DNA from: Octopus sinensis
Lineage: Eukaryota
NCBI RefSeq assembly: GCF_006345805.1
Contig: NC_043005.1
Coordinates: 87,110,001 to 87,174,000 of the forward strand
Direction: 5' to 3'
Length of the DNA: 64,000 bases
A program made the position numbers and the translations under genes. Under the pieces are notes generated by a model. That model was not told where the DNA came from. It ran no database searches and saw only the letters and a list, made by a program, of their open reading frames with translations. Shown piece after piece: positions 1-11,945 of the stretch (position 1 is the stretch's first letter; every line of letters starts with the position of its first letter).

Positions 1-322
1 ACCAGGCAGTGGCTCACAGTTATTTAGGGTTTAGAGGATTCACCTTTGGAAACATAGGGGTTTCGCTCAACATACTTAAACAACACTTATTCAGGGTCTT
101 TTTGAGCTGGATGGGTTACTCTTCCTGACGAAAATTCTAATTGGTCTCCACATGCAAGGTTATGTGCTGTTTATCTTCATAAGAGATCACCATGTCGCAC
201 ACAAATGGTTGTGATGCATGTGCCTGGTGTAGCTTTGTCAGACGAGTAGTCATGATGGGTATACTGGGCTTCGTATATTTTACCCCAGTGTCACTTTGAT
301 GGCATGCACTGCTCTCTCACTC

Positions 323-379
<57 letters not shown>
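1..379 (+). mobile_element. 3' part of an (AAT)n-tailed non-autonomous retroelement (same family as 5210-5830)
   Basis: 1-320 is the reverse complement of 5310-5640 (shared gatgggtatactgggcttcgtatattttaccccagtgtcactttgatggcatg); it ends ctctctcactc followed by an (AAT)n tail at 322-379. Confidence 0.8.
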
Positions 380-381
<2 letters not shown>

Positions 382-707
382 TGATAATTAACCGGTTGTA
401 ATTGAAGAAATACATCGAAGAGGCCAGGGAACAGAAGAAAGAAGAAGAAAGAAGACATGCACCCAACACCAGATCTGAAGACACCTCCGAAAGGGGGGGG
501 GCTCCACGTCAAAACGGTAGAGGAGTAGGGGCCGAAACCGGACGTGGTTCCTCCTGATGATGTCTTAAGCTAACTGGACTCTATAAAGGAGCTGTTGTGG
601 TAGCAGACCACGAAACACGGTTGTAATTCCTCCAGTATGGATGAGGCTTCATTGCTGTTGGAGATACTGTCCAGATGGAAAAGAAACGACTACTAGAATA
701 TTTACAG

Positions 708-862
708 AACACCATGTCGCGCACATATGGTTGTGATGCATGTGCCTTGTGTCCCCTTATCAGACTGGTACTCATGATGGGTATATTGGGTTTCGTATAT
801 TTGTACCCCAGTATTACTTTCATGACGTATAATGCCCTCTCGCTCAATAATGATAATACTAA
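708..862 (+). mobile_element. Diverged 5'-truncated second copy of the same (AAT)n-tailed element
   Basis: caccatgtcgcacatatggttgtgatgcatgtgcc...ctctcgctcaataatgataat aligns to 188-330. Confidence 0.75.
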
Positions 863-1639
863 TAATGGTGCCAATTTCTAGCACAAGTTCAGCAATTACT
901 GGGCAGGCATAATTGGTTAGTATCAACTCTAGCACACAACATATACTTATTTAATTGACCCCGAAATTATGAAACGCGAAGGTGACCTCGGCAGTCTTTG
1001 GACTCAGAATGTAAAGACGAACTTGGCAATAGCGATTTTGTTGCATGGTTAACGTCTGTGGACGCTCATGTCATTTAGAAGGCCTACGTCAGACGCAGAT
1101 ATCTTTGCAGGTTGCGAAGTCAATTGTTTACCGATTACGGTTGTCTTTTTGTTTGTAAATATGCATGGACATGGATGTATACAATTTGCTCGGCATTTAT
1201 GCTATTCCCTCTTTTCATCTAAAACTTCTTACGAAATTCGGTCGATGGGATTTGATTCTTGCGAGACTTTGTAAAGAAAACTTACCGTTGGAAATGTCTA
1301 TACAACTGTAAAAACACAGTTAAACCAATACTAGGTACGTAGACGATTTTGACAATGAATACACAATTAGTGAGTAATCAACACAGACACACACACACAT
1401 ACACGCGCGAACAATTTCAATTCATTCAAACACACAGAGATGATCGATGACAAAGTTGATAAACTACAGCAAATGTTTATAATTATCAGCCTTACAATAT
1501 ACATTGATAAAAACAAAATGCGCGTGAGTGTGTGCATGTGTGTGTGTGTGTTTGTGTGCACTCTCCAATATAGTGTTATACATAACATTCAACCACACGC
1601 AAGCTACGATATACTCACATGTTTATATGTCTGTGAGTG

Positions 1640-1672
1640 TGCGCGTGCATGTGTGCGTGTAAGTATGTATGC

Positions 1673-1703
<31 letters not shown>

Positions 1704-1834
1704 CGCGCGTGTGTGTGTGTGTGCGTGTTCATGTATGTATATGTATATGTAAATGTACATACACACTCATTTATAATGTGCAGTTGTAAAGACATGTGTG
1801 TATTTATATATGTATATATATATATATAATATAT

Positions 1835-1904
<70 letters not shown>

Positions 1905-2013
1905 TATATATATATATATATATAAATATATATATATTATATATATATATATAGATAGATAGATAATAGATAGATAGATAGATAGAATGATTGATAGATA
2001 GATATATATATAT

Positions 2014-2063
<50 letters not shown>

Positions 2064-2150
2064 GGATGGATGGATGGGTGGATAGATAGATATACACACA
2101 CACAAATACATTCATATATGAATATTTGTGTGTGTGTGTGTGTGTGTGTG
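1640..2150. repeat. Compound (CA/TG)n, (TA)n and (GATA)n microsatellite field
   Basis: Direct reading; the GATA array is at about 1951-2090. Confidence 0.95.
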
Positions 2151-3047
2151 TCTGTCCATGTATTTATGTAAATGCAATATGTGTACGTATACCTGAACGA
2201 AAGGAGAGAATATACATACATGCATATGTTGCGTGTATGTAAGTGCGTGTGTATCTTTGTGTCTGCGAGTATCTTTGTGTGCGTGTCTGTGTGTAAAGTG
2301 TGTGCGTGTGTATAGGAAAAAACGGGAACACACCTATTCCAAGCATTTACGCATAAACGCACTCATTCACACACCTTACCGAGTGCTTTGACAAGAAACC
2401 TTCGTATAAAAGTCTCTTGTGGAAGAATTGTTCGCTGTCTAATGGCACTAGAGAATTATCAGGAAATCTTGTTGATGGACTCCACTGTTTTACATTGAGC
2501 CGTGGAACAATGCAGCTAATAGGAACACTCCAGCTTGTCTCTGCTAATTACTCGGTATTGCATTCATTTAGTGGAGAATCAGCAGAATTCAAAGAATTCC
2601 GCGAAATACTTGCGACTGCAACGCTCTGACACACATACACACACGCACACACATACGACAAAAGGCACACACACACACACACTCATGAATATTCGAACAC
2701 AAAAAAACACACAGAGAAACACAGGCACAGAAGGACACACGCAAATAAACAGACTGACAATGTCACACCTTCCTTGTCGGGAAATAGCGGATATCTTTGA
2801 CAAGGAAACTAAGCATGAATATGCATGTAGACGTACAAGTTTATGCACGCATACATTTCTACGCAGGCACATACGTACATACATACATACACACACACAT
2901 ACGTACATATATATATATATAAATATATATATATCGACTGATAGACAGATGATAGATAGATAGATACATAGATAGATAAAGAGATCCATATGTACGTACA
3001 TATATTTATCATACATGTATTATGTAAACAGACATGTATATATGTAC

Positions 3048-3117
<70 letters not shown>

Positions 3118-3856
3118 GTTTGTATGTATGTATGTAATATGTATGTATGTATATATCTATATATATTAGATATGCATATGTATATATGTATATGTGTGTA
3201 CATATATTTATATACATGCACATACACACACGTATATACATATATACGCACACACACATATTTACATGTATATGCGTGATCGAGACAATCAGAAGGGCCA
3301 GTCAAGCTGCACCAAGACTTGCCTGTTAATTTCTATTCTTCCTGTTTTTTAAATCAATGAAGTTTCATACACACAGGCGTATGTTTGCGCGTGCGTCTCT
3401 GTGTATGTATGCATGCATTTAAGTACTATGTGGATGTATGTACGTATGCATGTATGTCTGTATGTATGTAAGTATGCTTCTGTTCTTTGGTGCATAATGC
3501 TTTTAAAACAAGAAGTGGTAACGTTGCTATTATCTATTATCTAGCGAAACGGATACCTGTCTCTAGTTCAACAGCGGCCAACGATGTGAAATAATATCAG
3601 ACACGTAAATGTAACAAATATTAACTGTTTGTCCATATTACAAATTTTCGTAATTTCGTATTGTCTTTTATTCTTTCATTGATTTGAGTGTGGCCATGGT
3701 TGCACACGACCTAACCGAAAAATTCAACCAAGTCCTTACATATTTCTACTTATTGAGTCTATGCAGTTTTGGCCGAAGCACTAGGTCACTGGGACGTGAA
3801 CAAAGCAACACCTGTTGTCAAGCAATGCTGTGTAACAAAGTGACAATATCACACAC

Positions 3857-3887
<31 letters not shown>

Positions 3888-3929
3888 CATACATACATAC
3901 ATACATACATACATACATACATGTACATA

Positions 3930-5180
3930 ATATGTAACCCAGTTACGACATTCTCAAATGATGCAGGGTTAACCTTTGGTCGAGATATACTTTGTTATAT
4001 GGTTGTGAAAAAGGGGAACCTATAAACCAGACTAGCAACATCGCCACGAATGACTTGACTGTTTTCCCTATAACTGACGAGGAATGTTACAGGTATCTAA
4101 GGGTGGATGAAAACATATCTTACAATGGCACCTGTAACGAAAAACTATCAGTAAAGAATATTACAGCCCAATAAATAAAAAAAAAATGGACCTCAGAACT
4201 CTCTGCGTTTAATAGAACAGTGGCTCAAAATGTGTTTGCATTGCCAGTACTCATAATAACATTTGGGCTGCTTCATGATGAGATCCGAACCATTGATGTG
4301 AAAGTCTGGAAAATTCTAACAAGCACATGATTTCCACATAAACGGTTATGTAGACTGACTCTACCTAAAACGAAAATCAGGCGGCAGTGGCTTAACACTG
4401 ATCCAAAATACCTTTGCATGTCGTATCACATCCCTTCGATAACATCTTTTAACCGCCAAGTGTCGAAGGTGGATCCCTTGATGAAGGTTGCATACATATG
4501 GCTGATATCATCATAAGACTTTGAAGGCAGCTCCTTGAAAAACACTCTTTGTCTGATAACTTTAAATACATGCAGAGAGAAGTCGCACTCTATCGCAACA
4601 TATTATCTGACGAAAGGATGAGCATAAATGAGCTGAAGACTATGAATGATATGTTAGTAGAAATCCTCGAGATGACAGTAACATCGATCATCATAGCAGT
4701 ATATCATGGACCAATAACCGAATTACTACCTCCTACTTTGAAGGGTGTGCGTTTGCAATACAGGAACAGGAAATATCAACCAAATACCTGATGCACAAAA
4801 GGGATAGAGATGCAGAAAAGCAATACAATGTGACGAGTGTTGCACAGTAAAGGAGCCTTGGATCTAGGTTAGAAACCGGTTCTTTCGCTATTAGCAAGAT
4901 ACTTTGAAATAAAAATGAATGATGACATACATACGTATGTATGTATACTATAAGAAGAAAATGGGATTAAAAATTGCAGGCCGATATCAACAAAGTACTC
5001 AGAAGAGTACAAGAAGAGAATTTATTATTAAACATGACAATTGTTTCGAGACATCTAACATCAATCCCTCACAGGTAGGACACTCAGATGAGCTCCACAT
5101 TACAGATTAAATCATCCAAAACATTCCACCGGTTAGTCACTAGTATATAAGGAGAATGTTAGCGATTATCATAGTAATAC
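3930..5180 (+). pseudogene. Decayed R4/Dong-like non-LTR retrotransposon, RT C-terminal region
   Basis: Frameshifted translation gives TTFSNDAGLTFG, YRYLRVDENISY, WTSELSAFN, FALPVLIITFG, LYLKRKSGG and SYFEGCAFAIQEQEISTKYLMHKRDRD, motifs typical of R4/Dong-clade RTs. Interrupted at about 4845-4940 by another repeat fragment. Confidence 0.72.
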
Positions 5181-5209
5181 ATATTATTATTATTATTATT
5201 ACTATTATT

Positions 5210-5294
5210 GAGTGAGTGAGCAGAGCATGCCATCAAAGTGACACTGGGGTAAAATATACGAAGCCCAGTATACCCATCATGACTACCCGTCTGA
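5210..5294 (-). mobile_element. 5'-truncated (~85 bp) copy of the (AAT)n-tailed element
   Basis: Near-identical to 5309-5392 and flanked on both sides by (ATT)n. Confidence 0.85.
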
Positions 5295-5308
5295 TTATTA
5301 TTATTATT

Positions 5309-5829
5309 GAGTGAGAGAGCAGTTCATGCCATCAAAGTGACACTGGGGTAAAATATACGAAGCCCAATATACCCATCATGACTACCCGTCTGATAAAGGT
5401 ACACCAGGCACATGCATCACAACCATATGTCCGCGACATGGTGATCTCATATCAAGATAAACAGCACATGACCTTGCAGGTGGGGCCCAGTTAGAATTTT
5501 CTTCATTTTGAGTAGCCCATCCTGCTCAAACGGTCCCTGAATAAGGGTTGTTTAAGGATGTTGAAAGAACCACCCATGTTTCCAGAGGTGAACTATTCAA
5601 ACCCCAAAGAATCCCTCTCAACACATGGCTATGATGCTCCCCCACTACTTCTGCTCGTGATCAGAGATGCACATATCGTCAGCCACTAAGGGACATGCTC
5701 AACTGGTTAAGGTCAAACAACTGACAAGCAAATCTGTGGTATTGAGCAGAATATTTGCTGTAGCCCATCTTTTATACCAAGACAAAACAATGTACATGAT
5801 AACACTTCCAATCAGTTAAGATCAGAAGC

Positions 5830-5830
<1 letters not shown>
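5309..5830 (-). mobile_element. ~520-bp non-coding retroelement embedded in (ATT)n/(AAT)n microsatellite
   Basis: Bounded by (ATT)n at 5295-5308 and 5831-5910; three other partial copies occur in the window; no ORF. Confidence 0.8.
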
Positions 5831-5899
<69 letters not shown>

Positions 5900-7391
5900 C
5901 ATTATTATTATCATTCTGCCCTATATAGCTGTTAATGATGCCAATTCTTAGCATATGACCAAATGCTTAGAATTACGTATCACCTAGGGGCATGAATCGA
6001 AACATATATGTAGGTACTTGGCATTTGTCATTTTGTTCAGAGCTTTACAATTTATAATTTATTTGTATTGCTCTTATAAAAAATCATAAAAATAAATTAT
6101 TTATACATCCATATTTCTCCATTTACGTGCTTTCATTAATATATAAAGAATATAAATGTAATAGAATAATTAATAATAAAACGATTAGAATATGTTTTTC
6201 AGTATTTAAAAGTTTGTTTAGAATTATCTCTCCCATGTATACATGTACATGTGTGTGTGTGTATGTCTACATAAATAAATAAATGCATACGTACAGAGGG
6301 AGAGCAGAAACGATCGTCGGTATTGTATAGTGGTATTGTATAATTAAAGATGTGATGTAGAATCTCAGTGTCTGCCCCTATTAATTATCATTATTTTACT
6401 TCTCTTGTAGATATGATGCGCTCACAATGAATTTTGGTCGGCCAGTTCCACATGCAAGCGGTTCGGCGAAAGATATAAATAGAATAACTACGACACTTAT
6501 AAAACAAATATGTTCTAGATTAAATTTGTTGACTAAAACCCTGCAAGATGATGTCCTGTCTTGCCCCCTTGCCTCAGCAGGCAGTTTAATCACCTGTACG
6601 AATATGCATAATTCTTCGACTGTAATGTCTTGTTTGTTTCTGTCTATACATTTGCTAGCTTTTCCCAGTTGCATAATAACAGCACTGGCGCCTCCAAGAT
6701 TGATTGGTCTCAATTTTTAATGTCACGAAACCACTATGATAGTTTGCCTCATGGACTGAGGAGGAAAACGCAGCTATGAATATTCCGCGTATCGTGTCTC
6801 TGTCTATATTCCCCGCCCATTATGTTTTCAACTAGCTTCCTGTTTGCGCTGCTTTCGTCCAAGTATTTCTCCTTGTTGTGTCTGTCCAACTCTTCACACA
6901 CACACACATACATGTATACATATATGCGTGTGTACGTGTGTGTATTGTCCCATACCCTAAGTGAAATAAAATTTATCTTTTCTTTATTTTTTCCCTATGA
7001 TTTTTCTTCTTATTTATTTGTCATTTCATTTTAACTGGCCATCACAAATTCCAACTAAATACCCCAAACATATATCTTTAAAAACGATTTGATGGATGTT
7101 TCTATCCGAATCATAGAAATTCTCCCTTTCCTCACAGAATAAAATTCTTTCCACAGTTTGAACTATTGAAATTACTATTTTTCGACGCAAGAACAGCAAC
7201 CAATTTCTCTACTGCAACCGTTTAAATACCTATCTCTACATATTTATGCATCTGCGTTCATGTACATTTACACACTTGTCTTTACGCACATGCGCATGTA
7301 ACAGTATGGATGCATACTATTACATATGACCAAATACACACGCATACACATACACACATACATATGTATATAGAAATATATTACTTTTTTA

Positions 7392-7810
7392 TTCTTTTAC
7401 TCGTTTCAGCCATGCGGCCGTGGCCATGCTGGAGCACCACCATGGTCTTTCTGACTTCCCCAGTCTGGGTGTTTCACATCACCCCTCCTGTATATGCATT
7501 TTCCCAGCTGTTGGTACATTTGGTGTACGATGGAGTTTGATTCCACTGTCCTCGTCTGTACCTCATGTCGGGCAGTTGGTTCATCTGGTATTATGGAGAA
7601 GAGCATGTCTAATTCCCTTTTGAAGTCATCTACATCTACCTTGTGCAAATTTCTTCGTGGGGCATTCAAAAGCTGTGGGTCTTTGAACCCTAGACTATTG
7701 CAATACCTGGTCCTGAATTTAGACGGAGTGGACGGTACCTTTGGTACAATACAATGGCAGCCAGTTCGAAGTCATTGTCTGCCATGTCGTTGTAAAATAA
7801 ATTTGTACTA
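7392..7810 (-). pseudogene. 3' end of a CR1-like LINE (RT C-terminus plus 3' tail)
   Basis: Minus strand reads HCIVPKVPSTPSKFRTRYCNSLGFKDPQLLNAPRRNLHKVDVDDFKRELDMLFSIIPDEP, then ggtggtgctccagcatggcc...gaaacgagtaaaagaataaaa. Confidence 0.75.
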
Positions 7811-7888
7811 CAAATTATTGAGTACTCCTTCAGTTTCAAGTTAAGTTTCTTTTATAAATAACCTGATATATGCACATATATATGTGTG

Positions 7889-9151
7889 CAATACCGTGCA
7901 AAAGTTTTCGGCCACTTCAAATTATTGTCAATTTCTACTAATTGCCAACTTGGATATTTCACATTGCGTTTTTTACAGAAGAAACATTGGCGCTGTTGGA
8001 GTCAGTTCCAAACCTAATCATTATAGTTTGTAGTAGGGGTTCTGAAAGAAAGAGGAAGGTGCGAGATAACCACCAAAAATAGTCGTGCAAAAGTTTTCGG
8101 CAAACTCACGTAAACCAATCACGATACATTGTTTTAAAACACAAAAATGTCTGTAATGAAAATTTATTACATAATGTTCATTTCAAGAAGTTACTGTACA
8201 TTGTTAATATTTCGTGTGGCTTCTCTTAGCTTGAATAATTGCTTTAATGCTCCTGGGAAGATATGCATTCAAATCCTCTACCATCTTCATAGGTGTGGGA
8301 TACCATTCTCTGTGGCAAGCTCCCACAACTCTTCAAAATTGCGTGGATTTTTCTGACGAACACTTCTCTTTTGTTCTGTCCACATTTGCTCCATGATATT
8401 TAAGTCAGGGATCTGAACTGACAAATCTTTCAGTACGGTAACACCTTCATCAACTTCATTGTGTTGCATGTGATCGGTGGCAAGGAGCTCAGACATGCTG
8501 AAAAACCTCATCTTCATCCAAGTCTGATATCAAATTGTCCTTCAGAAACTGGATGTATTTGGCACTATTCGTGTTACCGACAATTTTTACCAGCTTTCTT
8601 GAACCATTACTTTTTATGCATCCCCATGGTATCAGACTCTTACCCTCAAACTTCAGTTTTCCTGGAAGCGTTCTGAAAATTTCTCGCTTATTAGAAGAAT
8701 TCAAGCTATCTTGAATAGCTGAGAGAGCTTAACCACGTAGAATGGCATCTCACACCTCTGAAGATGGTGAAGGATTTGTACGCATCTTTTCGCATTGAAG
8801 CAATTATTTAAGCTAGGGTAAACCACACGAAGTATTAACAATATTCAGTCACTTCTTGAAAGGAACATCATGCAATAAATTTTCATTATAAATACTTTTT
8901 CAGTTTTAAAACCGTATATCTTGATTAGTTTATGTGAGTTGGCCGAAAAAGGTTTGCAGGGCCATTTTTGGTGGTCGTCTCGCATCTTTCCCTGTCATTT
9001 AGAACCACTGTTACAAACTATAATGATTAGGTGTGGAAATGACTCCAACAGGGCCAATGTTTCTTCTGTAAAAAATTCAATGTGTAACATCCAGTTATAA
9101 ATTGGCAAAGAACAGAAATTTACAATAGTTTAAAGACTTTTCACGGTACTG
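7889..9151 (-). mobile_element. Defective Tc1-like IR/DR DNA transposon (internally deleted, frameshifted transposase)
   Basis: ~230-bp imperfect TIRs (left caataccgtgcaaaagttttcggcc; right end reverse complement cagtaccgtgaaaagtc, followed by TA at 9152). Direct repeat gtgcaaaagttttcggc occurs twice in the left TIR. Minus-strand fragments KFEGKSLIPWGCI...EVFQH and IPDLNIMEQMWTE. Confidence 0.85.
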
Positions 9152-9244
9152 TAAATACATATATGAGTGTGCGTGTGTACACATATATATATGTATACAC
9201 ATACAAACATACATGCATACAAATATGTGTGTGTGTCTGGTTCA

Positions 9245-9430
9245 AAATGATATAAAAGCAAAACAAAATTTTAAAATGAGATGAGAACAGCAAACAAATT
9301 GTATTAGTGTATTGCTCGGAAAAAAATGGAAGAAATCTTAGACGTTTCGAGTCTACGCTCATTTGCAGACATGAATTAGGAGTGAAAACTGATCGAAAAA
9401 GTGAATAAAAAGGGGTGGATCCAGCCAGTG
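9245..9430 (-). mobile_element. Diverged short PLE-type element (family B) with decayed HHR-like motif at 9341-9368
   Basis: Reverse complement ctgcaaatgagcgtagactcgaaacgtc; downstream sequence resembles 11231-11426. Confidence 0.45.
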
Positions 9431-9477
9431 AGACAAACACACATACAGACATATACATATGTCTATATGTATATATC

Positions 9478-9533
<56 letters not shown>

Positions 9534-9552
9534 ATGTATATATATATATATA

Positions 9553-11183
9553 CAATGGCGGCCAAAATGTTAAGAACGGCATTGTTTTCATCAGAAAAGT
9601 AGATATAATTTTTTTTATCAAAGTTGTTTTATATTCTATAATTTTCACAGACAATAACTATACTATTGATTGTTATTTTCTGAGATTTCGGTGTAATTTG
9701 AGAGCATAATACAAAAGTTATAGATGATTTAGTGATTTACTGCAAAACCCATGGCGGCCAAAATGATCAGGACGGTTGCTTTTACTCCGTGTTTTAGTAT
9801 ATTTAACCGGCGAACTCTAATGTTTTGAATTTGTTTACGTGACGGTTCGTTTACTAAACATTAGTAAGACTATTTGCAGTGTACTTTGTTAATTTAATGC
9901 CACTTACTCCGTTACCAATTCGTCAGCAGATTATTAAGCTTCGAAGGAAGGATAATTTAAGTATTGGATCTATTGCAAAGATTGTTAACAAGTCAAAAAG
10001 TGTTGTACACGGTATTCTTAAGGTCTACGATGATTGTGGTTTGTTTGAAGCAAGAAAGATTACATGTAGGCCAAGAAAAACGACCAAGAGAGAAGATTGT
10101 GCTATGGTAAAGTTGGTTAAAAAGGACAGATTTAAAACTGCTGCTGCTGTTTTTTGGAAAATGAGCATTGTATTGAAGAAAAATTTATCTCGAAAAACTG
10201 CGCCTCGTCGTTTAGTTGAACATGACCTACAAGCAAGAGCACCTGCAGAGAAGCCACTGATCAGCTCCAAGAATAAAAAGTGTCGTCTTACCTTTGCAAC
10301 CGAACATGTGTTGTTGTCTCAAGAAAAATGGCAAACGGTGCATTTCAGTGATGAATTTAAGTTTATGTTATTTGGCTCAGATGGGAAAAGGTACGTTTGT
10401 AGAAAAGTAGGTGAAAAATTGTCGCCTAAATGCCTTAAGACTAGTGTTAAATTCGGCGGAGGAAGTGTCATGGTTTGGGGAATGATATCTGGAGATGGTG
10501 TGGGCCCTTTAGTGCTATTACATGGAAAGGTAAATGCAGGAGTTTATAAACAACTTGTAAAAGATCATGTCTTGCCTGTGCTGAGAAATTCAACTAAGCG
10601 ACCACCCATATTCATGCAGGACAATGCCCCATGTCACAAAGCTAAGGTGGTCATGAACTTCCTCAAGGCTGAAAAGGTTATTGTTATGAATTGGCCTGCT
10701 CAAAGCCCAGATCTCAATCCCATTGAAAATGTATGGAATATTCTAGGAGAACGTTCAAAAGCCAGAAATCATAAAACAACTGAGCAATTATGGAATGCCC
10801 TTCAGGAAGAATGGAATAAGATCACCCAGCAAGAAATTGAAAATTTAATTTCCCCATGCAGTCAAAGATGTCAGAGAGTGATTGAAGCTAAAGGGCTTCA
10901 CACTAAATATTAAATAATTCCAGTATTCTCTGTCATTTTTGATTATTTTGTTATTTTTCCAACCGTTCTAATCATTTTGGCCGCCATGGGTTTTGCAGTA
11001 AATCACCAAATCATCTATAACTTTTGTATTATCCTCTCAAATTACACCAAAATCTCAGACAATAACAATTCATATTAAATCTATTGTCTGTGAAAATGAT
11101 AGAATATAAAACTACTTTGATAAAAAATTATATCTCCTTTTCTTACGAAAACAATGCCGTTCTTAACATTTTAGCCGCAACTG
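9553..11183 (+). mobile_element. Full-length Tc1-family IR/DR transposon, 1631 bp, TA target-site duplication
   Basis: TIRs 9553-9778 and 10960-11183, roughly 90% identical by eye. Each has outer and inner tggcggccaaaatg-like direct repeats. TA at 9551-9552 and 11184-11185; inserted in a (TA)n tract. Confidence 0.95.
9897..10913 (+). CDS. Tc1/mariner transposase, DD34E, uninterrupted ORF (338 aa from ATG 9897; track ORF starts at GTG 9879)
   Basis: N-terminal HTH region and RPRKTT linker; catalytic motifs FSDE, KFGGGSVMVWG, FMQDNAPCH and SPDLNPIENVW with 34 residues between the second D and E; C-terminal AKGLHTKY. Confidence 0.95.
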   Translation: MPLTPLPIRQQIIKLRRKDNLSIGSIAKIVNKSKSVVHGILKVYDDCGLFEARKITCRPRKTTKREDCAMVKLVKKDRFKTAAAVFWKMSIVLKKNLSRKTAPRRLVEHDLQARAPAEKPLISSKNKKCRLTFATEHVLLSQEKWQTVHFSDEFKFMLFGSDGKRYVCRKVGEKLSPKCLKTSVKFGGGSVMVWGMISGDGVGPLVLLHGKVNAGVYKQLVKDHVLPVLRNSTKRPPIFMQDNAPCHKAKVVMNFLKAEKVIVMNWPAQSPDLNPIENVWNILGERSKARNHKTTEQLWNALQEEWNKITQQEIENLISPCSQRCQRVIEAKGLHTKY

Positions 11184-11193
11184 TATATATATA

Positions 11194-11230
<37 letters not shown>

Positions 11231-11233
<3 letters not shown>

Positions 11234-11426
11234 AGAGTTCACGATAAAAACAAAAGACGAAGACAGGTGGTGTACAAACAAACAGATGTATTAATATAAC
11301 GCTCAGGAATAGAAAAAAGTATTTTACGTTTCGAGCCTACGCTCCTCTACAGAAAGGGACACAGAAAAATCCAGGAGAGAAACAAAGAGAGAAAAATGTG
11401 TGTAGTGGCTAACGAACTATTATGGC
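11231..11426 (-). mobile_element. Short (TA)n-anchored element (family B) with HHR-like motif at 11322-11355
   Basis: Reverse complement ttt-CTGTAGA-g-gagc gtag gctc-GAA-ACGT-A-aaa, then ttcctgagcgtt...cttcgtcttttg ending at (TA)n; homologous to 46520-46705 and 15845-15912. Confidence 0.65.
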
Positions 11427-11639
11427 ATATATACATACAGCATCTTCATAGCTGCACCCTCGTTACACGAGAAGCGCCATTGCCAAAAAGACTTGCTGAA
11501 ATGATTCCTTGATGCCATGTGGTGCCCTTATATGACTTTTAAGCCCAGCCAAACTTTTACGCATTTTATCATATACTAGACAATTGTTCTGGCTGACTAC
11601 CAGGAGAAACAGGTTTCACAATATGCACTCCACATTTTA

Positions 11640-11945
11640 CATATGTTCTGTTGTGAATTTTAACAGCCACATCACTGTTTATCATGGGTCGATTCTTGTG
11701 AGATTTTTAATCCTACAAACCACACACACACAAAAAGCAATACTCTCTCAATTTCCACAGGTTCCCTCTTTCTAAACCCCCTCCTAATTCTCTCATACTT
11801 CACTCTCTCCCACATGCACTATCTTCCTCCATCTATTCCTCTCCCAACTACAAGCTGCAGTTCCTGTCTGCATTAGAGCATTTTTAAGGCAATCCTTAAA
11901 CCTCAGTTTAGGCTTATGCACTGGTCTCCTGCCATCTTCCATATA
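11640..11945 (-). pseudogene. RTE-clade LINE 3' end relic
   Basis: Translation GRRPVHKPKLRFKDCLKNAL...SWE...RNRWRKIVHVG matches the RTE RT C-terminal pattern GRPKLRFKD. Confidence 0.6.

Noticed and set aside
470-640. CTGAAGA...GAAA and CTGATGA strings plus a cctcc-GAAA-ggggg hairpin as hammerhead or HDV-like ribozymes
   Set aside because: No helix II closure or helix I pairing for a hammerhead, and no P2 partner for an HDV fold.
1367-3329. Long YI/CV/HT-rich ORFs here and throughout (for example 17762-18285, 39839-40327, 61577-62092)
   Set aside because: These are translations of di-, tri- and tetranucleotide microsatellites with no domain signal.
6395-6720. Possible exon after ttctcttgtag with a 97-aa ORF
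   Set aside because: No recognisable protein or donor site; the interior resembles a decayed SINE (gcggttcggcgaaag...atagaataa).
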